The notes beneath the pieces were generated by a model. That model was given only the letters and a program-made list of their open reading frames with translations. It made no database searches and was not told the DNA's origin. A program made the position numbers and the translations under genes. This document shows positions 1-9,343 of a stretch of DNA of 64,000 nt, piece by piece. Every line of letters starts with the position of its first letter. The first letter of the stretch is position 1. Origin of the DNA: Patescibacteria group bacterium (GTDB lineage: Bacteria; Patescibacteriota; UBA1384; 2-12-FULL-50-11); NCBI GenBank assembly GCA_038058635.1, contig JBBUAP010000001.1:13606-77605 (forward strand). Direction: 5' to 3'.

Positions 1-9
1 GGCCAAGAC

Positions 10-354
10 TTGGGCGTCGACTATGTCGTGGTCTCGCGCTGCCACTGGTTGGTGCGATCTCCCTGGGTTGGACTGGGACCGAAGACGAAAGCACATGCGA
101 CGGTCGATTTGTGGATCATTGAAGTGCCGAAATCTGAGTTTGCGCTCAAAGCCGACCAGGTCAAGAGCGATTCCACGGAAAAAGCGCCTGACTGGAGACT
201 GGCCGTTGACCTATTTCTGGCGCCGATCTCCGCCTTCTCTGGCGGACCCAAGACGAACCACGAGATCAAGTCGGGCGTACTGTCGCTCGGCAAGGCCATC
301 CAGCCCTGGCTGGAGAAGATGCAAACCACAAGCAAGATTCGCATCGGCGGCTAG
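10..354 (+). CDS. hypothetical protein, probably 5'-truncated by the window edge
   Basis: Open frame from the window start to TAG at 354; no recognised motif. Confidence 0.5.
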   Translation: MGVDYVVVSRCHWLVRSPWVGLGPKTKAHATVDLWIIEVPKSEFALKADQVKSDSTEKAPDWRLAVDLFLAPISAFSGGPKTNHEIKSGVLSLGKAIQPWLEKMQTTSKIRIGG

Positions 355-474
355 CGCCATCCCGAACCTAACGGTCGGGCTGAGACTCATCGAATGAGTT
401 TTAGTCCGGCCGCTTTTTTAGTTACAGTAGGTTTAGTAGTGAAGGTTCGAACTTTCACAACATGGAGGATTGTT

Positions 475-1728
475 ATGGAATCATTGTCTCGTCGAAGGTT
501 TTTGATCTTATCGATGGGCGCTGTTGGTGGATCGATCATCGGTTGCGGCGGCGGCGGTGCGGGTGGTTTTGGGGGCTTCCAGTCGCGGCAAGATCCGTTC
601 ACTGTGGCCGCTAACCAGGCCGTGAGTAAGATGTTCGGTGAGATTGGTGTCGAAATCGCTGCCGGGACATATCCCGATGGCGCTCAATTGATGCTGAAGC
701 AGTCTGGTCAGGCACTGCAAATGCCACCGACGACTAACTTCAAACTGGGCGCACCGGCGCTGGAGTTAAGCTCGAACGCCACAGCCACTAAAGACGTGGT
801 TGTGACGATTCCCGACGATGGTAAGCAATACATTGCCGGCATCGAAGTTGACGGCGAATGGTTGCCACTCCTGAAGATCAGGGCCAATGGCCGGATCAGA
901 TTTACCCTACCCGCCACTTTTGGTCGTTCGGCCGAAGACGGACCAGGACAAGTCTGGCGGTGGGTGATCGGCCTGGTCAAAGACAATCTGTCCGACACTG
1001 GGTATGCCATCAAACAACTGACTCCCGGTGCCCCTTTTGCTAGTTATAGCACGGTTTTGTGTGCTCACGGCATCTTGGACAACTGGCAGTCAATGAGGAA
1101 CTTCATCGGTCCGGCCCAAGCAAAATATGAAGCAAACGGTGTTTACTCGTTTGCCTTTCCCTGGAAAGCGGGCGCCAAAGCAGCTGGTATCGAACTTGCA
1201 GCACTACTGGCGCCGTACAGAAACCAACTCAAACGCATCACCATCATCGGCTACTCACAGGGAGTGCTAGCGGTTCGTTACGCTCTTGAGCGATTAGGGG
1301 CGTCGGCGTCGGTCAAGAACTGCATTTATCTCATGGGGCCAAATTTGGGAAGTATGCTGGCCAACCCGGTCGATTTCAGCTTCAACATCGGCAAGTTCTG
1401 GCTGAACGCCAATCTCAGCGGCTCGCTGTTTGATGTTGATATCAACGACCCGGCTATCAAGGAGTTTATGCCAGGAAACTCTTTCTTGCATGAACTCAAT
1501 TCTTCTCACGGCCTGCCACGCGCTGATGTCAACTACTTTCTCATGAATGGTGGAAAAGACTGGGTGGTTGACGCCAATAGTGGCCAAGCCATAGGCGTTC
1601 CGCTCGGAGAGTTGGTCAGTGGCACGGTCTGGCGAGGAACCGCTCCCGAAGCGAATCACTTCAATATCAAGTCTGATATGAATGTCATGTACAGAACCTT
1701 CGACTTATTGCCGTATTTCTCGCTGTAA
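475..1728 (+). CDS. secreted alpha/beta-hydrolase (lipase/esterase-like) lipoprotein with twin-arginine signal
   Basis: GGAGGA RBS at 464-469, ATG 475; SRRRFL Tat motif, IIGC lipobox then Gly linker; HG oxyanion motif (CAHG), G-Y-S-Q-G nucleophile elbow, D(WVV) and NH near the C-terminus. Confidence 0.8.
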   Translation: MESLSRRRFLILSMGAVGGSIIGCGGGGAGGFGGFQSRQDPFTVAANQAVSKMFGEIGVEIAAGTYPDGAQLMLKQSGQALQMPPTTNFKLGAPALELSSNATATKDVVVTIPDDGKQYIAGIEVDGEWLPLLKIRANGRIRFTLPATFGRSAEDGPGQVWRWVIGLVKDNLSDTGYAIKQLTPGAPFASYSTVLCAHGILDNWQSMRNFIGPAQAKYEANGVYSFAFPWKAGAKAAGIELAALLAPYRNQLKRITIIGYSQGVLAVRYALERLGASASVKNCIYLMGPNLGSMLANPVDFSFNIGKFWLNANLSGSLFDVDINDPAIKEFMPGNSFLHELNSSHGLPRADVNYFLMNGGKDWVVDANSGQAIGVPLGELVSGTVWRGTAPEANHFNIKSDMNVMYRTFDLLPYFSL

Positions 1729-1741
1729 CTCGACCCTCAAC

Positions 1742-1780
1742 GCCCAGCTCCAGTTTGAAGAACTGGGTCTGGGCGGTTTT
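1742..1780 (+). terminator. intrinsic terminator-like hairpin after the hydrolase gene
   Basis: GCCCAG...CTGGGC stem followed by GGTTTT. Confidence 0.45.
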
Positions 1781-2203
1781 CATATCTGTTATTAGGAAAT
1801 CTAGGTTCGAATAAATAAAATAAAGGGGAGAGGCGGTCTGGGTTGACCGCCTCTTCGGGTGCCTCGATCGAGGCAGAGTATGAGTGCCACTGGGCCGCTT
1901 CGAGTGAATCTAGGCGACGCCCAGCTATTTCAAGATCATCCCTCCCTAGGGATCGCAACCCTGTTGGGTTGCTTCAACCAGCTCATCAATGGGAGCTTTC
2001 ACCTTATTGGGTTTTCGAGGTCCATTCATCTTGTCGCGCCCTCCTGAAAGATTGGAGAGACCAGCATGATTACCTACTCCAAAAGGTTACTCCTCCGTCT
2101 TAAATGTTGTCAACCCCGCACTTAACAGCCCTTGTTCTTGCTTCGCAAGAACTAATTAAAACACGGCGGGTTTTAGAGGGCTGTTTAGTGCGGGGCGAGG
2201 CAC

Positions 2204-5041
2204 CTATTCAAATTTGTAGGCCAGTTCTTCGCTGTCGAGTTTGGTTAGGTCGGCCGAGTCAGCGATTGGTTCAATCGAGCGGAGCGAGACAGTTTTAGCA
2301 AGTTCGGTCGAATGTTTTTCGATTAAATTACGCAGTTCGTCGTCACGAGTGAAATAGTGGAAACTGGCCAGTTCGCCGACTTTTAGCCCGGCTTGTTTGC
2401 GCGCTTCTTGGAGCTTACGAGCTAACTCGCGGTAACGGCCTTCACTCTGAAGCTCCGGCGTCAGCTCAGTATTGATTCTGGTCTCTTGGCCAAATTCGAC
2501 GCTCTCGACATTCATCTCGTCTCGTAAAACCTCGATCAAATCTTCTCGATTGGCCAAGTCTTGCGAGCCACCAACAATCAAGCAAGATAGCGGTTGACGC
2601 AGCGGCATCTTGGCTTCGGCCCGTTGCATATGAGCGATTGAAGCCACTTCGCGGACAGTCCGCATTACTTCAATTGTTTCTTTCTCTTGATTCAAAACCG
2701 ATTCGTCGACTGTTGGGTAATCTTCCAGATGGACTGACTCTTTCGAGCCACCCAGCTGTTGGTAAAAATACTCACCGGTGAATGGCAAAGTCGGGGCAAA
2801 GGCAATCGCTGAACGAAGCAAAACGCGCCCTAAGGTCGCCAAAGCCGCCTCGTCACCCGCAACAAACCGATCTCGGGAGCGGCGAATATACCAAGTCGAG
2901 AGATCTTCAATAAAAGGCCGAATGGCTTTGGTCGACGCTTGAAAATCGAACTTGTCCAATCCTTCGGCATATTCTTGAATTGCCTCTTCCAGTCGGGCAA
3001 TAATCCACCGATCCAGGACAGTTGGCTCGGCTGTCGAATCTTTACTCCCAGAAAAGTTAGCCACGCCGGCGTAGGTCAAATAGTATTTTAAAGCGTTGTG
3101 CCAGACATTGAGCAAGCGCGATTGCTCGCGAATATCATCTTCACTAATAGCCAAGTCTTCGCCAGCCATAATCTTTGACCCCATAAAATAGAGCCGCAGT
3201 GATTCGGCGCCGAACTTTTCAATCGTCCCGCGCGGGTCGGGATAGTTGCCGTACGACTTGCTCATCTTGCGGCCGTCGTTACCCATCAATACCCCGTTCA
3301 CAGCAACATTCTTGAAGGCAATATTTCCTTTAAGGGCATTAGATAGAACATGAAGGTAGTAAAACCAACCTCGGAGCTGTCCCGTATATTCAATAATAAA
3401 ATCTGTTGGGAAATGCGTTTCAAACTCTTCTTTGTTTTCAAAAGGATAGTGATCTTGGCCGTACGGCATCGAACCAGATTCAAACCAACAATCCAAGACT
3501 TCTTTTACCCTTTGAGCTTTTTTTCCGTTAGGTAGCGTTAGTACAACTTCGTCTATTTTAGGACGATGCAAATCTGTAATTGTTTGGCCGCTCAATTTTT
3601 CTAATTCTGCGACTGACTCTGGTACGAAGATCTCTCCGTCTTCTGTCTCCCAAACGGGTAGTGGTGTTCCCCAGTAGCGGGTACGACTAATGGACCAATC
3701 AGGGGCGTTAGCAATGTTGTGAGCGAATCTCTTGTCACCGAAATGTTTAGGAATCCAATTAATTTTCTTATTGCTCTCCAAGAGCTCGCTTCGAAGCGGT
3801 TCGATCGACATGTACCAAGAAACTTGAGCTTTATAGATTAGCGGCGTCGAACAGCGATAGCAGTGAGGATAGGAGTGAGTGATGACTTCTTCTTTGAACA
3901 GCAATCCCCTTTTCAGAAGTTCGGCTGAAATCAAGGGGTTGGCTTTTTTGTAATACATCCCCGCCCACGGCGTCACTTCGGCCACAAAATGGCCAGCTTC
4001 ATCAACTGTTTCGTGCAGTGACAAGCCAACCTGTTCGCCAAGCTTGGTATCTTCTTCACCAAAGCCCGGGGCAATATGAACAATCCCCGTGCCTTCGTCC
4101 ATCGCCACGAAGTCGGCGGCATAGACCTGAAAATCGGTTTTGGAATTAGTCGGCAAGAAATTGTAAAGCGGCTCAAACTTTTGTCCAACCAGTTTCTGGC
4201 CTTTGAAGGTTTCGAGTACTTCGAAATCGCTTTCGGAGTAACGCGGCAGGGCTTCGTGGGCTAGAATATAAAACTTTTTACCGTCAGTAACTTTTACGTA
4301 TTCGGTCTTTTCGTCCACTGCCAAGCCTAAGTTAGCTGGTAACGTCCAGGGAGTTGTCGTCCAGGCAAGTAGATACGTGTCTTGGGAAGTCATCTTAAAA
4401 GCTATCGTTACGGCCGGATCCTCAACGTCCCGGTACGAATCATCGTCCATCGTCACCTCAAACTTACTTAGGGCCGTGGCACAACGGGGACAGTACAACG
4501 AGGTTCGACGACCGCGATATATCAAACCCTTGTCGTAAAGTTGTTTGAAAACCCAGATTACTGACTCCATAAATTCCAAAGAATCGGTTCGGTAGGCGCC
4601 TGTCATATCTGCCCAACGCCCGATGTGGTCGATATACCATTTCCAGGCATCAGATACCTCACCGACATAAGCCCTACAAGCTTCAATAAACTTATCGACT
4701 CCCAGCGCTTCGATGTCTTTTTTAACTTTTAACCCTAGTTGCTTCTCAACTTGGTTTTCGGCAGGTAAGCCATGGGTGTCCCAACCCCAAATACGCCGAA
4801 CGTATTTACCTTTCATCGTTTGGTAACGAGGAACAATGTCCTTAGCAATCGAAGGTAAGAGGGTTCCGTAGTGAGGAATACCCGTTATAAACGGCGGTCC
4901 ATCGTAAAACGAAAAAGTGTTTTCCTTTGGGTTCTTGTCTAGAGATTTCTGAAAAATCTTTTGGTCTTCCCAAAACTTTAAAACTTTCTCTTCAATATCA
5001 AAAAGAGATTTTGTTTCACCGGAAAGGTCGGGCTTAGTCAT
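2204..5041 (-). CDS. ileS: isoleucine--tRNA ligase (type 2)
   Basis: FYDGPPF, HYGT (HIGH-like), GWDTHGLP, AWTTTPWTLP, DWSISRTRYWG, KMSKS. Confidence 0.97.
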   Translation of the reverse strand: MTKPDLSGETKSLFDIEEKVLKFWEDQKIFQKSLDKNPKENTFSFYDGPPFITGIPHYGTLLPSIAKDIVPRYQTMKGKYVRRIWGWDTHGLPAENQVEKQLGLKVKKDIEALGVDKFIEACRAYVGEVSDAWKWYIDHIGRWADMTGAYRTDSLEFMESVIWVFKQLYDKGLIYRGRRTSLYCPRCATALSKFEVTMDDDSYRDVEDPAVTIAFKMTSQDTYLLAWTTTPWTLPANLGLAVDEKTEYVKVTDGKKFYILAHEALPRYSESDFEVLETFKGQKLVGQKFEPLYNFLPTNSKTDFQVYAADFVAMDEGTGIVHIAPGFGEEDTKLGEQVGLSLHETVDEAGHFVAEVTPWAGMYYKKANPLISAELLKRGLLFKEEVITHSYPHCYRCSTPLIYKAQVSWYMSIEPLRSELLESNKKINWIPKHFGDKRFAHNIANAPDWSISRTRYWGTPLPVWETEDGEIFVPESVAELEKLSGQTITDLHRPKIDEVVLTLPNGKKAQRVKEVLDCWFESGSMPYGQDHYPFENKEEFETHFPTDFIIEYTGQLRGWFYYLHVLSNALKGNIAFKNVAVNGVLMGNDGRKMSKSYGNYPDPRGTIEKFGAESLRLYFMGSKIMAGEDLAISEDDIREQSRLLNVWHNALKYYLTYAGVANFSGSKDSTAEPTVLDRWIIARLEEAIQEYAEGLDKFDFQASTKAIRPFIEDLSTWYIRRSRDRFVAGDEAALATLGRVLLRSAIAFAPTLPFTGEYFYQQLGGSKESVHLEDYPTVDESVLNQEKETIEVMRTVREVASIAHMQRAEAKMPLRQPLSCLIVGGSQDLANREDLIEVLRDEMNVESVEFGQETRINTELTPELQSEGRYRELARKLQEARKQAGLKVGELASFHYFTRDDELRNLIEKHSTELAKTVSLRSIEPIADSADLTKLDSEELAYKFE

Positions 5042-6261
5042 TATATCTCGTCTCGTTTGACCACTTCTTGTTTACCGGTTTCTAGATTCTTGACCTCAAC
5101 ACATCCCTGCTTCCAAGCTTCTTCCAACGGAATGATAATTGTTTTGTAGCCGCGCTTGTCGGCGTACTTAATCTGTTTACCGAGCTCGACGGCCGAGTCT
5201 AAGTAAACCTCGACTTTCTTCCCCTTCTCGCGTAATTCAGTTGCCCAGCGACGAGTTTCAATCTCGTTTTCCGGCAGGCAAACAATAAAGAACGCTTCAG
5301 GAGATTCAAGTCGCATGACCTCGCCGATGCGATCGACGCCAAACGAAATACCAACCGCCGGCAATTTCTGGCCGATCAAGCTCTCCACCAAACCGTCGTA
5401 GCGACCGCCGCCCATCAGTGTCCCGCCACCGTAGCTTTCTTCGACGCATTCAAAAATCGTGCCAGTGTAGTAGTCTAGTCCGCGAACCATCGCCAGATCA
5501 AACTTCATCTCCAGACCGATCGACTGACCGTATTTAACTAATTGTTTCAGCTCCGTCAGGGCTTCGAACTGGCCGAGTAGTCTTTCGATCTCGTCGAACG
5601 GCTCTTCTCGATCCAAAAATAGGCCGTTGACAGTCTTTTTCTGTGCTACCGTCAATCCCAGATCGCTGATTTCAGTGCCGAGTCGCTCGGGAGTGATTTT
5701 GTCTTTTTTGTCGAGCAGGCGCAGTAACGATTGGCGAGACTCTATTTTAATCTTTAGGTCTTCGAAAACCGCCTCAACTATTCGTCGGTCATTAATAACA
5801 CAGGTGATGTTCAATCCAAATTCTTTGGCGGCAGTATTTACAATTTCTAGTATTTCTTTCTCTCCCCCTCCCGATCCAACAACATCGATATCGGCTTGAG
5901 TGAATTGGCGAAATCGTCCGGCTTGAGGTTTTTCGGCCCGGAAAACCGGCCCAATCTCAAATCGTTTAAACGGCAACGCTAACTCTTGATAATTACCGGC
6001 GACAAATCTTGATAGCGGGACTGTCAGGTCGTAGCGAAGACCAACTTTTCGCTTACCGTTGTCCTCAAATAAATAAAGTAACTTCTGGGCTTCAGCACCG
6101 TAATTGCCGAGTAGGATCTCTTCTTTCTCGATGACTGGTGTTTCCAGCTCCTGGTAACCAAAACTTTGAAAGATCTTTTTTAGACAATCTAAAATCGCCG
6201 ACTTACTCGGCTCTAATTGATCGCGAAACCCCGATAACGGCAATAAATTGTCTCGATTCAT
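5041..6261 (-). CDS. hisS: histidine--tRNA ligase
   Basis: LRYDLTVP, FRAEKPQAGRFRQFTQ, RGLDYYTG, GGGRYD, C-terminal anticodon-binding domain. Confidence 0.96.
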   Translation of the reverse strand: MNRDNLLPLSGFRDQLEPSKSAILDCLKKIFQSFGYQELETPVIEKEEILLGNYGAEAQKLLYLFEDNGKRKVGLRYDLTVPLSRFVAGNYQELALPFKRFEIGPVFRAEKPQAGRFRQFTQADIDVVGSGGGEKEILEIVNTAAKEFGLNITCVINDRRIVEAVFEDLKIKIESRQSLLRLLDKKDKITPERLGTEISDLGLTVAQKKTVNGLFLDREEPFDEIERLLGQFEALTELKQLVKYGQSIGLEMKFDLAMVRGLDYYTGTIFECVEESYGGGTLMGGGRYDGLVESLIGQKLPAVGISFGVDRIGEVMRLESPEAFFIVCLPENEIETRRWATELREKGKKVEVYLDSAVELGKQIKYADKRGYKTIIIPLEEAWKQGCVEVKNLETGKQEVVKRDEI

Positions 6262-6288
6262 TACCGTATTCTACCCGACTGGACAGAA

Positions 6289-7179
6289 TTAACCAAAGTG
6301 ACTAACTGGAGTGATCGGTAAGTCCCGATCTTCAGGGTTGACGCTGACGAGGACGCAATTGTGTTTCTGCTGCCAAACGCGCAGAGCTTGATGTCGGGCG
6401 ATTAAATTCGCTCCGCCAACAACGGCGGCCTTATCCAAATCGGCTTCGGCAAACTTGGGTGGCAGAAGCGTTTCTAGCTCTTTGGCGTTCAAACCAAACT
6501 GCGTCTGGTGAGGAAACACTTGGCTGTAAAGGTGCGTCCCTACTCCGACGGGTAAAACCGTTAGGAAACGAGTTTGTTCGCGGCTAATCTTTTGGAGTAG
6601 GGCTAACTGGATTTGATCAACATTGGGTTCCAGGACGACTATTCCTTCGATCTGATGTTTGGCGCAGGTAGATTTGTTGCCGTGAAGAAAGCTAGACGCA
6701 ATTGCCAGAGCCAAGTAACCATGCTCGGCTGATTTTTGGGACAAGGCGCGGAATTTAGCAATTTTTTCGTCGTCAACCAAGTTTTCGATCTGTTCCAGCG
6801 GTCCGACTAGAACCGACTGCTTCTTAGTGCCGAGTGCTAGTAAAGACTGTTCGGCCAGCGGCCCAACTGACTGATGTTCGACCAAGATTCCCGTAGTGGC
6901 CTTCGACTTGAGCCGGATCGATCCAGCCGCCGAGACGATGATTTGTTCGAGCAGTGTCCCCCTAGAAAGATTGCTGCTGGCCAGCACTTTGAAGAGCCGG
7001 GCGAGCGGTTGATTGTTTGGTTCGAACCGCGCCACTTGCCAGCTTGTGACCAACCAGCCAAGAGGTTCAAGCACTGTTAGTGGCTGTTTAGTTACCTGGC
7101 GAGCGAGAATGGCCAAAACCAACAGAATCAAAACTACCAACAGCACTACCGGCATCAGCCAGAAAACAATTACCTCCAT
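6289..7179 (-). CDS. membrane-anchored protein resembling degenerate P-type ATPase N/P domains
   Basis: One N-terminal TM; C-terminal half aligns by eye with the ATPase at 11661-14381 but lacks DKTGT, TGD and GDGVND. Confidence 0.6.
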   Translation of the reverse strand: MEVIVFWLMPVVLLVVLILLVLAILARQVTKQPLTVLEPLGWLVTSWQVARFEPNNQPLARLFKVLASSNLSRGTLLEQIIVSAAGSIRLKSKATTGILVEHQSVGPLAEQSLLALGTKKQSVLVGPLEQIENLVDDEKIAKFRALSQKSAEHGYLALAIASSFLHGNKSTCAKHQIEGIVVLEPNVDQIQLALLQKISREQTRFLTVLPVGVGTHLYSQVFPHQTQFGLNAKELETLLPPKFAEADLDKAAVVGGANLIARHQALRVWQQKHNCVLVSVNPEDRDLPITPVSHFG

Positions 7180-7234
7180 TTGTTCAGTATATCCTGATCA
7201 TCTAAAAAAACTGTCACGATGTTGGTCGTGACAG

Positions 7235-8089
7235 CTAGGGGGGTGCTATTCCCAATTGAATCGCCTGCTTCAGCATCAGTTCCAAACTGGCAATTTGGAT
7301 TTTACGAACCGTGCTTGGCGACAAACCAAGTTGCTTACCGATGCTAGTCAGCGACTGACCATCAACCAGATAGTATTGAGTTACTACCTGGCGCTGGATG
7401 TCGCTCAAACAGGGGAGAAGAGAGTCGATGATCTGCCTGTCAATATTGATTTCGAAGGCCAATTCAGCTCTCTGATCGGGCAGTAAATCGCCCAATCGAC
7501 AACTTCCCTTGCCGCTACTCGAGGTGACCTCACAGTCTAACGAAACTGGTCGTCGGTTGTCCTTAAGTAAGGACATAATTATCTCCGCTTCTCTCACGGA
7601 CGGCTTGGTCGGTACCCCATCAATCTTTCTCAACATTTCTCGGCGATTGATGATCAATTCAAGGGTGGGTTCAAGCCCTTCACGATCGCAGATTCGCTCC
7701 ATTCTTTTGAGGCCGTTAACCACATAGGTTGGTAGGCGAAGCCGACAATCAGACAAATCATCGCTCGTTTCGCGATTGATCGCCTGTCTAATCCAGTAGG
7801 TTGCATAAGTCGAGAATTTGTACTTCTTTTCAACCTTGAATTTATCAATGGCCTTATTGAGGCCTTTGATCCCCCGCTGAAACCTGTCTTCCAGCTCATT
7901 ATTTGTCCGCATTGCTCTAGCAATCTTCCGAACCAGCCGAACATTGTGGTCAATGAGTATTGCCCGCGCCGCCGCTGCGGCGTCAGGATCGCCTTTCTTT
8001 AATTGCTCGAATAAAAATCTCTCTTGCTCCCGTGTCAAAAGAGGCAAGTCGAATGAGGCCTTAAGGACCTCGAGTGAGTCTGAATTCAT
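7235..8089 (-). CDS. sigma-70 family RNA polymerase sigma factor (RpoD/SigA-like alternative)
   Basis: LLTREQE (region 1.2), NVRLVRKIA, FSTYATYWIRQAI (region 2), VSLD (region 3), region 4 HTH; AGGAGG RBS. Confidence 0.9.
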   Translation of the reverse strand: MNSDSLEVLKASFDLPLLTREQERFLFEQLKKGDPDAAAAARAILIDHNVRLVRKIARAMRTNNELEDRFQRGIKGLNKAIDKFKVEKKYKFSTYATYWIRQAINRETSDDLSDCRLRLPTYVVNGLKRMERICDREGLEPTLELIINRREMLRKIDGVPTKPSVREAEIIMSLLKDNRRPVSLDCEVTSSSGKGSCRLGDLLPDQRAELAFEINIDRQIIDSLLPCLSDIQRQVVTQYYLVDGQSLTSIGKQLGLSPSTVRKIQIASLELMLKQAIQLGIAPP

Positions 8090-8235
8090 AACAAGGTCCT
8101 CCTAATTGTAGTGTGCGCCGTAGCGCCCTTCGAATACCTCAGGGTTTTTAGCCCTTCGACTCCTTTCAGTCGCTCAGGGTAGTTCGGGTCTCTTCGTCCT
8201 CTCAGTTTACACTGAGGGAGCGAAGCGACTCGAAG

Positions 8236-8275
8236 TGCGGTCCCAGGGGGATTCGAACCCCCGATCTTCAGAATG
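8236..8275 (-). repeat. 40-bp exact duplicate of the tRNA-Glu 3' half (att-like)
   Basis: Identical to 8378-8417 (TGCGGTCCCAGGGGGATTCGAACCCCCGATCTTCAGAATG on +). Confidence 0.9.
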
Positions 8276-8290
8276 TCGCAGCAATTTACA

Positions 8291-8330
8291 TGGCGGCGTG
8301 TACGGGAGTCGAACCCGTGATCTCCTGGAT
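8291..8330 (-). pseudogene. 3' half of a different tRNA (Glu-like) ending in CCA
   Basis: ATCCAGGAGATCACGGGTTCGACTCCCGTACACGCCGCCA: T-arm and acceptor 3' strand, no matching 5' half nearby. Confidence 0.75.
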
Positions 8331-8379
8331 GTCGTGCCTGCGGCACTCGCTCTTCGCTGGCGTTCAGAGTGAGAACCTG

Positions 8380-8453
8380 CGGTCCCAGGGGGATTCGAAC
8401 CCCCGATCTTCAGAATGAGAATCTGATGTCCTAGGCCTCTAGACGATGGGACC
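8380..8453 (-). tRNA. tRNA-Glu(CTC)
   Basis: GGTCCCA acceptor stem, anticodon arm TCAGA-TT-CTC-AT-TCTGA, T-loop TTCGAAT. Confidence 0.95.
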
Positions 8454-8493
8454 AAAGTAAACTTGCTCTGATAGTTTAGCTCAAAAAGTCTTC

Positions 8494-8568
8494 TTAGTCG
8501 AGCAGTTCCCTGACTTTGGCGACGAGCTCCTTGGGGGTGACTTCGATTTAAAGAAAATATCCCTGAAC
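8494..8568 (-). pseudogene. decayed copy of the 3' end of the response regulator gene
   Basis: Translates VQGYFL*IEVTPKELVAKVRELLD* versus VQGYYLKTEITPKELVEKIEVLLTSS at 11277-11651. Confidence 0.8.
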
Positions 8569-8590
8569 CTAATTTCAGCGACGTCAGGAA

Positions 8591-9280
8591 CTATAGGACA
8601 TTACTGTTAAGAACCCCCCACTTCTTAAAAGAGAAGAGCTTGGCTGGCCGATAGATACTATTCTTCTGCCTGCCGACTATCTCAACGATATCGAGCGCAA
8701 TAAACTTGCGACGGAAGTTCCGCTTGTCTAGCGGTCGAGCGAGAATGATTTCGTAGAGCTCTTGGAGTTGTGGGAGGGTAAATTGCCTGGGTAGCAAGCT
8801 CGAAATGATAGTGGTGTTTATCAATTTCGATTTCAAGCTTTCAGCTGCAACCTTGATCATGTCTTTGTGGTCAAAGGCTAACTCCGGCAAGGCGGAAACC
8901 GGAAACCACTGGCCGCTTTCTGTTGAATTTATATCAGTGGCTACAGCAGGGACCAGGGCCAGAAAGGCGACGGAAATCGCCCGGCTCCGTTTATCACGAT
9001 CGGGATCGCTGAAGGTGTGGAATTGTTCAATATGAACATCTTTGACCCCTACTTTTTCACTGAGATGGCGCCTGGCCGAGGCCTCAGCCGATTCGTCAGA
9101 ACGAATAACCCCACCTGGTACGCCATGTTGATGTCGGTAGTGCGGCGGCCGGTGAACCGGCATCAGAAAAACTTGGACTTTATTTTTGAGCACACTTAAA
9201 AGCACGACATCGACGGCGGCGATTGCCACCCTGAGTCGAGCTACAGTCTCAACGAAAGATTCTTTTGATTGTTTTGTCAT
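8591..9280 (-). CDS. nrtR: NrtR family Nudix-related transcriptional regulator
   Basis: Degenerate Nudix box (PGG..ESAEASARRHLSEK), QFHTFSDPDRD, LAFDH, wHTH FTLPQLQELYE..DKRNFRRK, RPAKLF. Confidence 0.88.
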   Translation of the reverse strand: MTKQSKESFVETVARLRVAIAAVDVVLLSVLKNKVQVFLMPVHRPPHYRHQHGVPGGVIRSDESAEASARRHLSEKVGVKDVHIEQFHTFSDPDRDKRSRAISVAFLALVPAVATDINSTESGQWFPVSALPELAFDHKDMIKVAAESLKSKLINTTIISSLLPRQFTLPQLQELYEIILARPLDKRNFRRKFIALDIVEIVGRQKNSIYRPAKLFSFKKWGVLNSNVL

Positions 9281-9343
9281 CGTTTAATTGAAATATATCA
9301 TTTATAAGAACAGGGGGGCTATTCGCCCCCCTAAGGTTTTCTA

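Noticed and set aside
1843-2103. Short ORFs between the hydrolase and ileS
   Set aside because: No motif or convincing coding signal; a 27-codon minus-strand ORF with an RBS exists but has no further support
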